Positions 1 through 12,948 are shown, counted from the first letter of the stretch. The stretch is 64,000 nucleotides of DNA from Octopus vulgaris (GCA_951406725.2 OX597816.1:145390001-145454000), one strand, 5' to 3'. Notes: generated by a model not told the origin, from the letters alone. Program-made: numbers and translations.

Positions 1-790
1 TGATCACTTGAATGATGTTTTCTAAAGAATTATGACATAGTCGATATATTCGTTTGCCTCTTGGGACTCCTCAGTCTTCATTGAATGTTTTATATATTGT
101 TTATTTTTTCGTAGTAACTTCCCTCTCTTGCATTGCAAAGGCGTAGCCTTCAAATGCGTGATATGATGTAGCGGTCATGTGTCCAAGAAAGGCTGTAGTA
201 CGTGTTGCTATTACCTTCCAATCAGCTGAAAGCATAACCAATCATAATAATTTTTAGCTTTGGTATACTGAAGGCTTCACATACAGGTCTTCTTTGTAGT
301 AAGTTAATCAACCGGCTCTGGATTGTTTGTTAGGTTGTCAAGAATTAAAGTGCTTCTGAGAAGCTCACTGCCCACAAGTAGGATTTCTATTTAACTTGCT
401 GCTTCTCTTTAGCAGGTGCTGTCTGAGGAAGATTGTACGACCTTCAATTGCTTTCTGACCGATCTTAAATCTCAACCTCTTTCCTATCTTCTTGGATAGA
501 GCAATTCGATATCGCTGTCTCTGTGAAATTTGCCAATTAACGCCAGGACCATGTAGGTTTTAATGTCTCTGCGGACGATTTTCTCTAAAAACCAGTCAAG
601 TATCTCTAATGTTGGTATCAGCATTAGAACTGTAGATTCATTACAGGTTATTCTCTTGTAAGAAGGGAGTTCCAACTGAAGAATGGTTTTACGTCTGATG
701 AATTATTCTCGGGTGACTATCCTTATTCACAGTGCATTTATGTGGTATCTTTTCATCGGTGTCTTAGTATTTGTAGCATTATTTGTATGG
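1..790 (-). mobile_element. Degenerate R4/Dong/NeSL-type (RLE) non-LTR retrotransposon fragment
   Basis: ORF 484-675 ends FHRDSDIELLYPRR, matching the HPKSDIxRLY motif at 63.1 kb; minus-strand 110-200 reads ...FEGYAFAMQEREVTT, matching ETEGFLIAAQDQSLPT. Many stops and frameshifts. Confidence 0.65.
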
Positions 791-1885
791 AACGGAGGAG
801 ATAGAGAGATAATTGAAATACAGACTTTGGTTTCCGGGGACTAATTTTCCACGTTCAAAAATCAAATATTAAATATTGTTGCGTTTTAGCAATATAAATT
901 TTAAGCATAAACCAGATCATTTACAAAAGTATTGTGAGTTACATTGGCATCTTTAGCAGTCGCAGACCCACGCATGTAGACTCTCAACGTTCATAACAGA
1001 ATGATAGTGGATTTGATGCCGTATTAAACAGAAATGCAGAAAAACTAATACTCGGAATATCTCCTTTAATTTTCCACTCTCTTTTGTATGAGCAAAAATT
1101 GTTGCCTAGGTCGATGTGATCTAACTTAGCTTTTACATATGCTAAGTGTAGAGACTTGAATAACCATCACTTGGAAGTAAAGTGCAATGTTCTCTTATAA
1201 TCAAGCCATTCTGTCACAAGTTTTTGAAGTGTTTCCTTCTTTCTACACTAAAGCATTGTTTATTAAATGTTGTTGAATATCTCTAGTAGTCTCCCTTCCT
1301 TCTATCAGTCATTGTGTTGTCCAGTTCAAAAGAGACAACTTGAGTACAACTGGTACATAACGTTTAAGTAAGCCCTGGACAGGCGTAACATATTACAGGC
1401 TATGAAACTTGATATAGTGATTTACTAGAAGTAAAATATAAACATACTTTTGCAAATCATAAAAATGTCAGTCGTGTATAAATTCGGTTAAACCAAATTT
1501 ACAGTTTCTTTATGCTAAGTCTAATTTGATTCAAGTTTATACCTTGGTTATATAAATTATCAAAACACACACATACACACACCAGCACGCATAAACACAC
1601 ACACATTAAAGGCTCTCCGTAAAATGTACCCCTTATGTAGCAGAATTCAACTCATAGGTCTCCTTCACCCTTCGATACCACTTTACATTATGTAGTTTGT
1701 GTGGAGCTATGTTGAAACTTTCGGGATCGATTGCCTATAATATAGTGTCGATGGCAGTACAGTATTCTTATCAAACTGTATTTAGTGAGAGTGCGTTAAA
1801 TTTCAAATTTGTTTTTATCATTCCACAGAATGATTCAAGAACTTCTTGAGAGGGGACTTTGGTAACTGCGAAATTTTTCTTCCAT

Positions 1886-1898
1886 GTATGTATGTGCG

Positions 1899-1932
<34 letters not shown>

Positions 1933-2000
1933 TGTATGTATGTATGTATGTATGTATGTATGTATGTATGTATGTATGTATATATGTATGTACGTGTATG
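1886..2000. repeat. (TATG)n microsatellite
   Basis: Direct reading. Confidence 0.95.
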
Positions 2001-3497
2001 TGTGAGTGTGCGTACGTGCTTGTATTATCTTATTTGTATTATCTAATATTTTATCTCTAGTAAATCACTACATCAAGTTTCATAGCCTTTAATATGTTAC
2101 GTCAATGCATTTTTTATTCAAACGAAACTGATCGAAGTATCAGATATGAATATCGATGGATTCACAATGACAAAATTATATTATACATCTAATATATATT
2201 CATCTATAATTCCAACTTGAAGTACCTTATTGCAGTTCGTAATTAACGTGATATATTTTCTTAATCTTTAAAGCTGATAATATTTCATTCGATCTACTGA
2301 ACTCTGACAACTATTCTTACAGTTTTTACGTTTCGATTTTAGTGAAACAGGGCTAAACACTAAATATATTACTCCTACAAGCTCTTCCAAGATGTTAGAT
2401 TTATTTTCTCAAAAATGCTACTAAACGCATCAAAGAAAGTGACAATTCATCGCCACAATCTCAAAGAAGGAGAGTGATTAATGCAAATTAAGTGATAGCG
2501 ATATTTGAACGTTTACCACTAAATGTATGTTACAATGTTTGCTCTAAGAAGGACAGTATAAGTGAAGTTTTTGAAGTGGCTCTGAATCTATGAAAACAGG
2601 GCAGAATAATTATCCTCAACCTATGAACCTTTTCTGAATTCTCACAATGAAACTCTACTGTAGATAGCCTATATCAAGGTGGTGATATTAAACTTAGTTC
2701 CAGATTGTGTTCAACGTCCTAGAAAAAAGAAGTCAATCTGATGGGCTTCCATTCAGATTTCGACAGTGAATTTCATCAAAGAATCTTTGGTTATTCCGAT
2801 AAAATTACAGAACACGTTACTTAAAATGTCAACGCTGTGGAGTTGAACTCATTGTTTCAGAAAGAACATCTCAACTGCAGAGACAATTTAGGAATCTATA
2901 GGCAGAATTCAGTTACACATCAGGACCTGTAAGAGACTAAAAAGTGGAATAGCTCAACATTGATCCAGCATATGTAGTTTCAATGCCAAACTACTATATT
3001 GTTTCAAGCTCTTGTCTAATAGCAACAAATTGAATACTGCGTGACAATTACATTTTTATAAATCTAGTTGGATAATGTTCTCAAGTCGTGTTTTCCTACA
3101 ACATCAGTATTTTCATAAAAAATAAATTTAAACGACTTTTAAAGATTAAAAAAATATATATATTGAAAAATAATATTTCGGAAACCTTTATTATTATGAA
3201 GATCACTTCACTAATTTCATTGCTTGAATATAATTAATATCTTATGAGATATTTGTAAAAGCAAGTTTGTTATTTTAAATTTAATTCTATCATAATGAAT
3301 CAAGAAAAATTTCATTTAAGTTATTTCGAAAATGTATGGACAGCGTTTAAATTTTTTAATCTTATAATGCAATTCATTTCATAAATTAGAAATATAGGTC
3401 ATATCAATTTTCTCTAAGTTGAGAAACTGTTAATGAAAATTCGCATTACACATTCATGCAGATGATATTCACATATCTTTCCTCTCTGTCATACGCC

Positions 3498-3563
<66 letters not shown>

Positions 3564-3649
3564 TGAGGGAATATTATTCCAAACTTACAGGAAAAAATTC
3601 AATTTAGAAATGCTAAATCAAATTTCACAAAATATGATATATCCTCGGG

Positions 3650-4312
3650 AGGACACTGTCCTCTGGAGGACACTTGTCCAAAGCCACTTTGACTATTGCT
3701 CTCAGCTATGGTCACCATCCAGTGTCAAGTTGATCACAGAACTTGAGGCGATCCAACGAAGCTACACGAAGAAGATAGCCTCTGTGCAGCATATAAGCTA
3801 CTGGGAAAGACTCAAGAGATTAAAACTCTATTCCTTGGAGCGTAGGCGAGAAAGATATGCCATAATATACATCTGGAAGATCCTGGAAGGACTTGTCCCA
3901 AACTTTGGCATCGAGAGTTACACAAATGCCAGAACTGGGCGCCACTGCGTGGTGCCAAGGACTCCAAATTTGCCATCAAGATGTAGGACAAGATACTGTG
4001 ATAGCCTGGGCTTCAGAGGCCCACAGCTCTTCAATATCCTCCCGAAGAACCTGAGGGACCTGCATGAGGTGGATGCGGATGTCTTTAAAGTAGGACTGGA
4101 TCCCTTCCTGTCAGGTGTCCCGGATGAACCAACTTCACGGCAGGAGGTGCAGATGAGGGCAGCTGCATCGAACTCTCTCATAAACCAAATGGCAGTTGCT
4201 AAAAAGCATTCGTGAAGTAAAATCATGTAGCAACACCAAATGGCGGTGCCCCAGCATGGCCACAGCTCGTGAGCTGAAACTAGATGAAATGAAATGAAGT
4301 GAAAATGAAATA
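3650..4312 (+). mobile_element. 5'-truncated CR1-like LINE 3' end (post-RT region plus 3' tail)
   Basis: Peptide LWRTLVQSHFDYCSQLWSP...YWERLKRLKLYSLERRRERY aligns with the C-terminal half of ORF 50488-51876; ends in a (GAAAT)n-like tail at about 4286-4310. The ATG at 3610 lies in unrelated flank. Confidence 0.9.
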
Positions 4313-4492
4313 AATTAGGAAAAAACACCTTTTATGCCAAATATATACGTTTTATTCATTATTGTGCACATTACCTAATCATCGGTATATTATTTTTGAT
4401 CTTATATTTGATATTTCAATTATATGTAATTTTCTAGATGGTTTAATTTAATTTTTCATTTTGAATTGATAAAAGGTGTTTTTTTTATAATT

Positions 4493-4636
<144 letters not shown>

Positions 4637-4922
4637 TATAATTAATTATAGGGGTGAGAGAATTAGATGCTAATTTAATAGCATATCTATTCAACACCAA
4701 GTGGCCCAGTGCTCCGAGAAACCTGGATTATTATAATATTTTGTAATATATTATAATATTTTATACAAAAATAAATATAAGAGCGTGGTCACTATATGGC
4801 TCACTCTAGCACTAGTTAATCCAAAAGGTTTCAACCACAAAAATATATGTTTCCCATGAAAGTCAGTACGATTGTTAGCTCACACGAACAGGGCAAATAA
4901 AAAATAACAAAAATACAGATTA

Positions 4923-5004
4923 TTTTGGGACAATTGTTTCGCTATTAATGAATTAAATGTAATTTTACTTACAAAAAAATCCATTTGTAGCTCCTCAGCC
5001 AAAA
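4923..5004 (-). ncRNA. Minimal type I hammerhead ribozyme (intact core)
   Basis: Reverse complement of 5282-5363, differing by one base in loop 2. Confidence 0.8.
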
Positions 5005-5281
5005 CTATCTGGATGAAATCCACTCAATCACACGCCAGATTTTACCATAACGATAAATACACGTGTGGTTCAATTGATTACATCCGACGTTCTCACCCTT
5101 ATTAATTAATTATAATTATGCTACATTTATTTCTAAATATGGTATTTGTCTCCGTGAAAGTTTGGCGCGCTGTTAGTAGGGGCATTTGAATTATAACGTC
5201 GGATGTAATCAATTGAACCACACGTGTATTTATCGTTATGGTAAAATCTGGCGTGTGATTGAGTGGATTTCATCCAGATAG

Positions 5282-5363
5282 TTTTGGCTGAGGAGCTACA
5301 AGTGGATTTTTTTGTAAGTAAAATTACATTTAATTCATTAATAGCGAAACAATTGTCCCAAAA
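5282..5363 (+). ncRNA. Minimal type I hammerhead ribozyme (intact core)
   Basis: Helix I TTTTGG (5282-87)/CCAAAA (5358-63); CTGAGGA 5288-94; helix II GCTA/TAGC with a 43-nt loop; GAAA 5346-49; palindrome CAATTG; TC, with predicted cleavage after 5357. Confidence 0.82.
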
Positions 5364-5520
5364 TAATCTGTATTTTTGTTATTTTTTATTTGCCCTGTTC
5401 GTGTGAGCTAACAATCGTACTGACTTTCATGGGAAACATATATTTTTGTGGTTGAAACCTTTTGGATTAACTAGTGCTAGAGTGAGCCATATAGTGACCA
5501 CTCTCTTATATTTATTATTA

Positions 5521-5621
<101 letters not shown>

Positions 5622-5884
5622 TTGACGTTCAATTATGTGGAGGGGCTATGCTATCGAGTAACTAAATATTTACCTTGTGAATAGGTTTTTCGTTACCACA
5701 ATGCGCTGTTAAGTGGTATACTTAAATTCATTGACTTGGGAGTTTTTTCTTAGCTGGGATTATTTGCAGTTTTACCTTAGTACGTTGGTGTACGGTTACT
5801 ACCCGATCATTGATTGTCTTTGTGGTTTGGTGCTCATTGTTTTTGTGCTTCTTGACGGAAACAAATATCTTTAATTTGTTTCTG

Positions 5885-6045
5885 ATGTTGGTTTCAAATT
5901 TTGGCACAAACCTAGCAAAATCAGTGGAGGGGTATATCGATAACATCAACTTCAGTAATCAATTGCAACTTATATTATCGACCCGAAAGGATAAAAGGCA
6001 AATTTGACCTCGGCGGAATTTGAACTCAGGATGTACAGATGGACA
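5885..6045 (-). mobile_element. tRNA-derived SINE fragment (family with Meta/MESC-like central domain)
   Basis: Reverse complement of the GAGTTCAAATTCCGCCGAGGTC...CTTTCGGGTCGATAA motif seen at 34.4 kb. Confidence 0.8.
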
Positions 6046-6454
6046 AATTTATTTCTCAAAGAGTAAACAGTACTTCGTCACTGAGTAACTTCGAATTGTG
6101 TTTTTCTCAGGAAGGGAATGTTTTAATGAAATATGGAGACTGATGTGAACTTTCCAGATTTTTATACTAACTATAGAGTTCTGAATAGATATATCATTAG
6201 AGAGCACATGCTGTTAGAAATATAAGGGTTTGGGTGCAGTTTTTGTTGTGTAAGGGTAATGTGTGAATTTAGTCCCGTTTTATTTTAAATCTTGGGTATT
6301 AAAACACATATTTCAGTATAATTCCCTTACGCGTATATGTCAAAGTAGAATGATTATCATGCGATTCCAATTTCGTTTTGACAACGCACAAATTGATCTT
6401 TATGAGTAGAGGTTTAGGTGGAGTTTATTGGAATTGCGTATTAAACTCCTCTAT

Positions 6455-6512
<58 letters not shown>

Positions 6513-6719
6513 TCCTAAAGTATTTTAGCATTTACATTCACCAACAATTAGTAAACACAAATCTTTAGCCGAAGAACGAAAGCAAACCAGTGTCGACACA
6601 CAAACATTTTTCTAACATATCGTTCTGCAGTATTTCTCGGCTGGAGACTGTCGTGTCGTAAAATTTGAGTCCTGTGTAAACACTCTGTTTCAACGAATAC
6701 ACATACACGCATATATATA

Positions 6720-7132
6720 TATTATATAAAATCCGTTCTGACTGTCTGTGTGTGTATCTTCTAGGATCTCAGGTATCCCCCAGCCGATTGCGCTCAAATT
6801 TGATATGTAGATACCGACGGTATCAGGGCGTAAGTCTTGAAAAAATTACAAAAATCGATTCCAGGTGAGAATGCGATTGTTAAAGACGTGGGAACGTACA
6901 TTTGTACGCGCAAGTACATCAGCTATTGCGATCGATACTAAGCGTACTCGAGAAAAATGTACGTGCAGTTTGCGCAAAAAAGCCGATCTGTTTGGTGATC
7001 TCAAATTTAAGTTAAATCAGTGTTTGTCAAAAGGGAGGCCTGTGGGATGGTCGGACAAGTTGTTTTGAGAAAATTTGGTTTAAATGTTTGATAACTCAGC
7101 ACCGTCCATTGGACGGGGGAGCCTTTTGCTCG
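6720..7132 (+). mobile_element. Non-autonomous Helitron-like element
   Basis: 3' hairpin CCGTCC-ATT-GGACGG (7102-7116) 12 nt before CTCG-T (CTRR-like end); 5' part has TATATAAAA...CTGTCTGTGTG and CAAATTTG, typical of such elements. Confidence 0.55.
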
Positions 7133-7137
7133 TTTAT

Positions 7138-7173
<36 letters not shown>

Positions 7174-7649
7174 TAGAAGAAATGAGGTAATCAGAAGATC
7201 GGATGGTTTATATTTACAGATATTTATTTATATATTACATTTTTTACATATATATCATATCACTTAGATCATTAGCGCTTTCTCCCATTCTAGTGGGGTT
7301 TTCAAATCAAAATAAGTTCCTTTGTGGGGAATTTAATCATTTTATAGAGTTTCGTAGTGGTGGGAAGGAATATAAGACAGTACAAGAGGGTGAGGTGGAA
7401 GAGGAGAAAGTGAGAGAGAGAGCATGTGTGTATGTGTATGTGTGTGTGTGTTTGTGTTTGTATCTGAGGTGAATGCTAAAGAGAAAGAGGGGAAGGGAGA
7501 GGGAAGAAGAAGGAAAGAATTTTTTGGTCTGCTGGACAGAATATTGTGTTGATATTTATACCACTATATATATATACACGCTTATACATGAAATATTTGA
7601 AAAATAAACTTTTATCGGTTCAAAATGAACAACTAAATTACACCATCTT

Positions 7650-8085
7650 AAGAGCGAAATTCTCTTCAGAAACTAAAACGAAATTCTTTGCAAAAGAGTG
7701 CGGAGATGGTAGATGTAGGATCTGCAGCAACCCCACCTACAAATACATTGAGAGAAACAGAGAGATGAGATTTAAAAGTGGTGACATATTCAAAGTAAAT
7801 GCAGATATTATCTGCAAGACGCAGAACATTATATACTGCATAACCTGCCCCACGTGCAAGTAGAATTACGTAGGTGAAACTGGTAATTCTTTGTGCCAGC
7901 GAGCCAGGATTCACCGACAACATATTCGGCAGGAAGAACTACGCAAAATACCACTAAGTACACACCTAGCTGCATTTGGAGAAATAAAATGTAAGATCTT
8001 TCTCTTCTACAAATGTCCGAAGAACGACACCTCTTTCAGGAGGAATATGGAAAAATATTTCATAGCTAAGTTCTCCCGAAATTAA
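7650..8085 (+). pseudogene. Penelope GIY-YIG endonuclease remnant
   Basis: CGDGRCRIC linker Zn motif, then NIIYCITCPTCK*NYVGETGNSLCQRARIHRQHI...LSTHL...RRNMEKYFI (GIY-YIG with CCHH); in-frame stop at 7861-7863. Confidence 0.88.
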
Positions 8086-8171
8086 ATGGCTGAAACTTTA
8101 CTCATCATACATTGAAGGACAAATCTTTCGATTTACAATATAATGTAGTAGAACATTTAATATGTGTGTGC

Positions 8172-8251
<80 letters not shown>

Positions 8252-8575
8252 TACCTGTTATATACATTATATTATTTTTGTAATTTACTTGATCCTGCTA
8301 TTTCTGTTTCAATTGTAACTAATGGTAACTGGAACAGCTTCAATCATCATCATTGTTTTAATGCTCACATTAATGTCATTCTAATTTTAACCTTTCTATG
8401 ACATGCAATTTTCAAGATGGTGTAATTTAATTGTTCATTTTGAATCGATAGAAGGTGTTTTTTCTAATATTTCATGTATAAGCATGTATATATATAGTGA
8501 CATTGAAGGACACATCTTTCGATTTACAATCTAATATAGTAGAACATTTAGTATATGTCTGTATATGTATATATA

Positions 8576-8608
<33 letters not shown>

Positions 8609-9043
8609 TGCCTATTATATACATTACATTATTTTTATAATTTACTTCATCTTTCCTTTTTAATTGTCACTTTAATTTTAACTTTCCTATGATATACAAT
8701 TTTCAAGATGGTGTAATTTAGTTGTTCATTTTGAACCGATAAAAGGTTTCTTTTCAAATATTTCATGTATAAGCGTGTATATATATATAGTGGTATAAAT
8801 ATCAACACAATTTTTTTCCCCTTCCTCCCTTATTTTTCTTTTTCGTTTTTTGTCTCTCTCCCCTTCTCCAAACACACAGACACACGCACACACACACGCA
8901 CACAGACACACACACGGACACACACACGGACACACACACAGACACACACACACCTCCACAAAACGATCATAGAAAGTGGAAAGAATTCTTAAACCCAAAA
9001 AGGCATTTGACCATCCTCACAATGATAAAAGGAAATATAATTT

Positions 9044-9217
9044 ATGGCCTACCTCCCCACCACCACACACTCAGTGACACTGTGAAGCAGTCAAAGCTGA
9101 AATACTTAGAACCACCTTGGAATCAATATTATGGCCTACCTCCCCGCCACCACACATTCAGTGACACTGTGAAGTGGTCAAAGCTGAAATTCTTAGAACC
9201 CCCTTGGAGTCAATATT
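9044..9217 (+). repeat. Two-copy 87-bp tandem duplication
   Basis: ATGGCCTACCTCCCC...CCTTGGARTCAATATT at 9044 and 9131. Confidence 0.9.
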
Positions 9218-9601
9218 CTGTCCAGCAGACCAAAAAATTCTTTTCTTCTTCTTCCCTCTCCCTTCCCCCCTTTCTCTTTAGCATTCACCTCAGATACCAA
9301 CGCACACACACACACACATACACATACACACATTTTCTCTCTCTCACTTTCTCCTCATCCACCTCACCCTCTCGTACTGTCTTATATTCCTCCCCACCAC
9401 TACGAAACTCTATAAAATGATTAAATTCCCCACAAAGGAACTTATTTTGATTTGAAAACCCCACTAGAATGGGAGAAAGCGCTAATGATCTAAGTGATAT
9501 GTAATATATAAATAAATATCTGTAAATATAAACCATCCGATCTTCTGATTACCTCATTTCTTCTAATATATAATACCTGTACATCATCTCCAAACCTTCC
9601 A

Positions 9602-9667
<66 letters not shown>

Positions 9668-10763
9668 TGTATGTGCATGTGTATACACATGTAATATAAG
9701 TGTGTACGGGTGTACACATATGACAATGAATGGAATTGAACATTGTGAATTATAATGTGGGTATGAAATTTAAATACACACGTACAGTTACAACAGATAT
9801 GCAGTCAATTACATACAAAAAGAAGAAAGAAAGAGACATATGAGAAAGATATTTTCTGTAAGTGAATATAACAGAACTGGAAAATATTAAGAATATAGCT
9901 ATTTAGGATATGAAAATAACACATTCTACACGAGTAATGCACACTTTACAATCGGTAGATTTTTCTTGTTGAGCATCGCATAAAACTGGTTCTGAATAAA
10001 AGTTTATTTTAAACAATAAGTTGATTGTGTTCTGAAAATACTACAGGTAAAGCGTAATAATATATATTAAAAGTAAATGTTGTTTAGGGGAAAAAATTGT
10101 CAAGTATTGGAAGTGTCAGTATATAAAAACTAGGAAATATTTTCGAGAAATACACACTCAAGAAAGAGAATGTGTATTGAAGTTACGTATCCCTCTTCAT
10201 GCACCTATAATCTTACGCATTGTTTTTAAGAAAAAATAAAAATGATCTCGAGTATTAATACTTACGCAGAATTATAACTTTTAAAACTAAGAAAACCATT
10301 CTACATCAAAAGTTATATAAATTTGTAAAATTTAAGACGCTGCGCTCTGCGTATGTATCTGTGTATGCACACACGTATATATATGTATCTGTAAGCGTAC
10401 CTGTGTATATTTTTATGTATTATACATGTTTGTATATATATATGTATATGTTACATGTGTATACAAGTACGCACACGTTATATATTTAATCACACCTGAC
10501 CTACCCTTTCCACCAACCTTCTAGTTTATTAATATGCAACTCAAATAATAAATACCGGCACATAAATATAATAAATACATAAATACTATAAATATTGGTT
10601 AAATTATTCTAAAAAATGGTTCTGAAAATTCTCGTTTTGGTCCGGTGTTTTGGTCATTAAAACATATTGCTACCAAATCAGATGCTGGTTGAATCAAAAA
10701 CAATTTTAAACTAACCTGAAAGGTTTCTCCATACATTTGTGGAGTGCAACTTGATTATTATTA

Positions 10764-10886
10764 TTTAATAAGAATAGTACTGACTGTCACTTCGAAGTTT
10801 CGGCCAGCTAAGCTACCATCGGACAGTCCAATGATGGTCTAACTTGCTGAAACTTCGAAATCAGTCAATAGTATTCTTGTTAAAAA
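10764..10886. repeat. Short imperfect palindrome with degenerate hammerhead motifs in both arms
   Basis: Centre GGAC-A-GTCC (10821-10829); minus strand reads GACTGTC-CGATGG..GAAA-CTTCGAAG-T-GACAGTC. Confidence 0.65.
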
Positions 10887-12096
10887 GTAATACACACTCA
10901 CACACACACATGCACGTATGTACATATGTATGTATGTATGTAAGTATGTATGTATGTATGTATGTATATTTATTTATACACACGCGCACACAAACACGCA
11001 CACACAAACACGCACACAAATACACACAACTGCAGAACTTTAACCTATACCTCAGTCGTGAACAGTCCACTCGGGACAAAATACTGAATACACTACCAAT
11101 TTTTGACCTAATCAACACACACACTCACACAGACATTTATACATCTGAGGTAATGTTGGGGCTCTGTCTCGCGGTTTATTCTATTGCATCAATTCTAATC
11201 CTTATTAAGGAAAAACATACATGCCCAGAGTAAATTAAAGTTAAAATAAGTGTAATTAAAATGTGAGTCTGTTTATAATAAATTATTCATTTACAGAAAA
11301 TCTAAAAGTATAAAATTAGAGAAATATATAGACAGACGTTATTCACATACAAACGCCTACATGCAAACAATAAAACATATATACATATCTACACTAACAC
11401 GTACAAAAGCTGATACATACATATGTACAAACACATGCAGGTAAATATAAGTATGAATATATTTACTAACGTATGCATAGATATCTACACACATATATAT
11501 ATATATATACCATGCCTCTCTGTCCGTATGTACTACCATGTTTCTAATATACAACTTTGCTTTGCTGGCTGGAAAAAAAGGAAAAGCGATGAGAACAAAA
11601 AAAATCAGAATAAATAGTGGTGAGAAGAGAGAAAAAGAAATGCTTGAAAACGTTCCCAATAGTATCTAATAGTGACAAAAGGAGAAAAGAATATTTTAAT
11701 TATAATTTTTTAATTATTTTTATTATTATTACTTAATTATTTTGCTTCCATTGCATTTTTTTAATCATTTTGCTTTCATTCATTATTTTATATTCATTGC
11801 GTCTATTTATCATTATTATTATCATTGTTAATAAGGCAATGTTGCTGGCAAAATTTTAGCGAGCTAGACAAGATGTTTAGCGATATTTCGCGAGTTGCTA
11901 AGTTTCTGATTTAAATTTCACCGAGGTCAAAATTTTGCTCATTTTCAAATTTATATTGCACAAAATAATATTTTTAGAAATTTAATTTAATATTGTAATT
12001 GATTTTATTTAATCTACAACTCTGAAATTGTTCCTTCTTTCAACAATTTTTATTTGTATTTCTATGTATTCTATTTTATCATTATAATAATATTCA

Positions 12097-12242
<146 letters not shown>

Positions 12243-12410
12243 AGGTGCAGAAATGGCTGTGTGGTAAGTAGCTTGCTTAACAACCACATGGTTCCCAGTT
12301 CAGTCCCACTGCGTGGCACCTTGGGCAAGTGTCTTCTACTATAGCCTCGTGCCGACCAAAGCCTTGTCAATGGATATGGTAGACGGAAACTGAAAGAAGC
12401 CCGTCGTATG

Positions 12411-12463
<53 letters not shown>

Positions 12464-12645
12464 TTGTCCCCCAAGATCGCTTGACAACCGATGCTGGTGT
12501 GGTTACGTCCCCGTCACTTAGCGGTTCGGCAACAGAGGCCGATAGAATAAGTACTAGGCTTACAAAGAATAAGTCCTGGGATCGAGTTGCTCGACTAAGA
12601 GCGGTGCTCCAGCATGGCCGCAGTCAAAGGACTGAAACATATAAA
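12243..12645 (+). mobile_element. tRNA-derived SINE with CORE-like segment and internal (TA)(TG) tract
   Basis: A-box TGGCTGTGTGG, B-box GTTCAGTCC, then ACCTTGGGCAAGTG; a related copy is inverted at 32100-32420. Confidence 0.85.
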
Positions 12646-12649
12646 AGAA

Positions 12650-12704
<55 letters not shown>

Positions 12705-12737
12705 TCAAAATAAGCAACAAGAATAACTTCGGTAATT

Positions 12738-12821
12738 TGGTACGATCGTTTCACGCTACATCATTTTATTAAATGTCGTAAGTATTACAACAGTTTTAAA
12801 ATGCTGAGCACTCATCAGCCA
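12738..12821 (-). ncRNA. Minimal type I hammerhead ribozyme (intact core)
   Basis: Minus strand: TGG-CTGATGA-GTGCT...AGCGT-GAAA-CGATCG-TA-CCA; helix II has two G-U pairs and a long loop; helix III is palindromic. Confidence 0.75.
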
Positions 12822-12948
12822 TTAATAGAGGTTTTACATTAATACAGAATTTTCATATCAATTGATATCATTATAGAGACGGTATCTACCTTCTCTATAT
12901 TGTTATCAATTGATTTGAAAAGTATGTATCAATGGAAACCTGTATTAA

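Larger units (their letters stand above)
4771..5515. mobile_element. Fold-back element: ~320-bp inverted arms (4771-5091 / 5195-5515) with ~100-bp spacer, probably Penelope-derived
   Basis: Arms are reverse complements with only 2 mismatches seen by eye; flanked by (TA)n and (TTA)n(TA)n; each arm holds a hammerhead motif. Confidence 0.9.
7171..9568 (+). mobile_element. 5'-truncated Penelope-like element (Neptune-type) with inverted copy of its 3' region at the 5' end
   Basis: 7171-7546 is the reverse complement of 9211-9568; 7541-7652 is the reverse complement of 8702-8810; internal GIY-YIG fragment; 8110-8500 and 8500-8790 are related tandem units. Confidence 0.85.

Noticed and set aside
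1846-2046. ORF with YVCM repeats, and the many similar YI/HT/CV/ER/poly-L/poly-N ORFs across the window
   Set aside because: Translations of microsatellites that happen to lack stop codons.
3918-4328. Antisense ORFs over LINEs (also 51063-51272, 51612-51806, 63169-63981)
   Set aside because: Shadow frames opposite LINE coding sequence.
12243-12320. tRNA gene
   Set aside because: A/B boxes are present but there is no cloverleaf and it continues into a SINE body.
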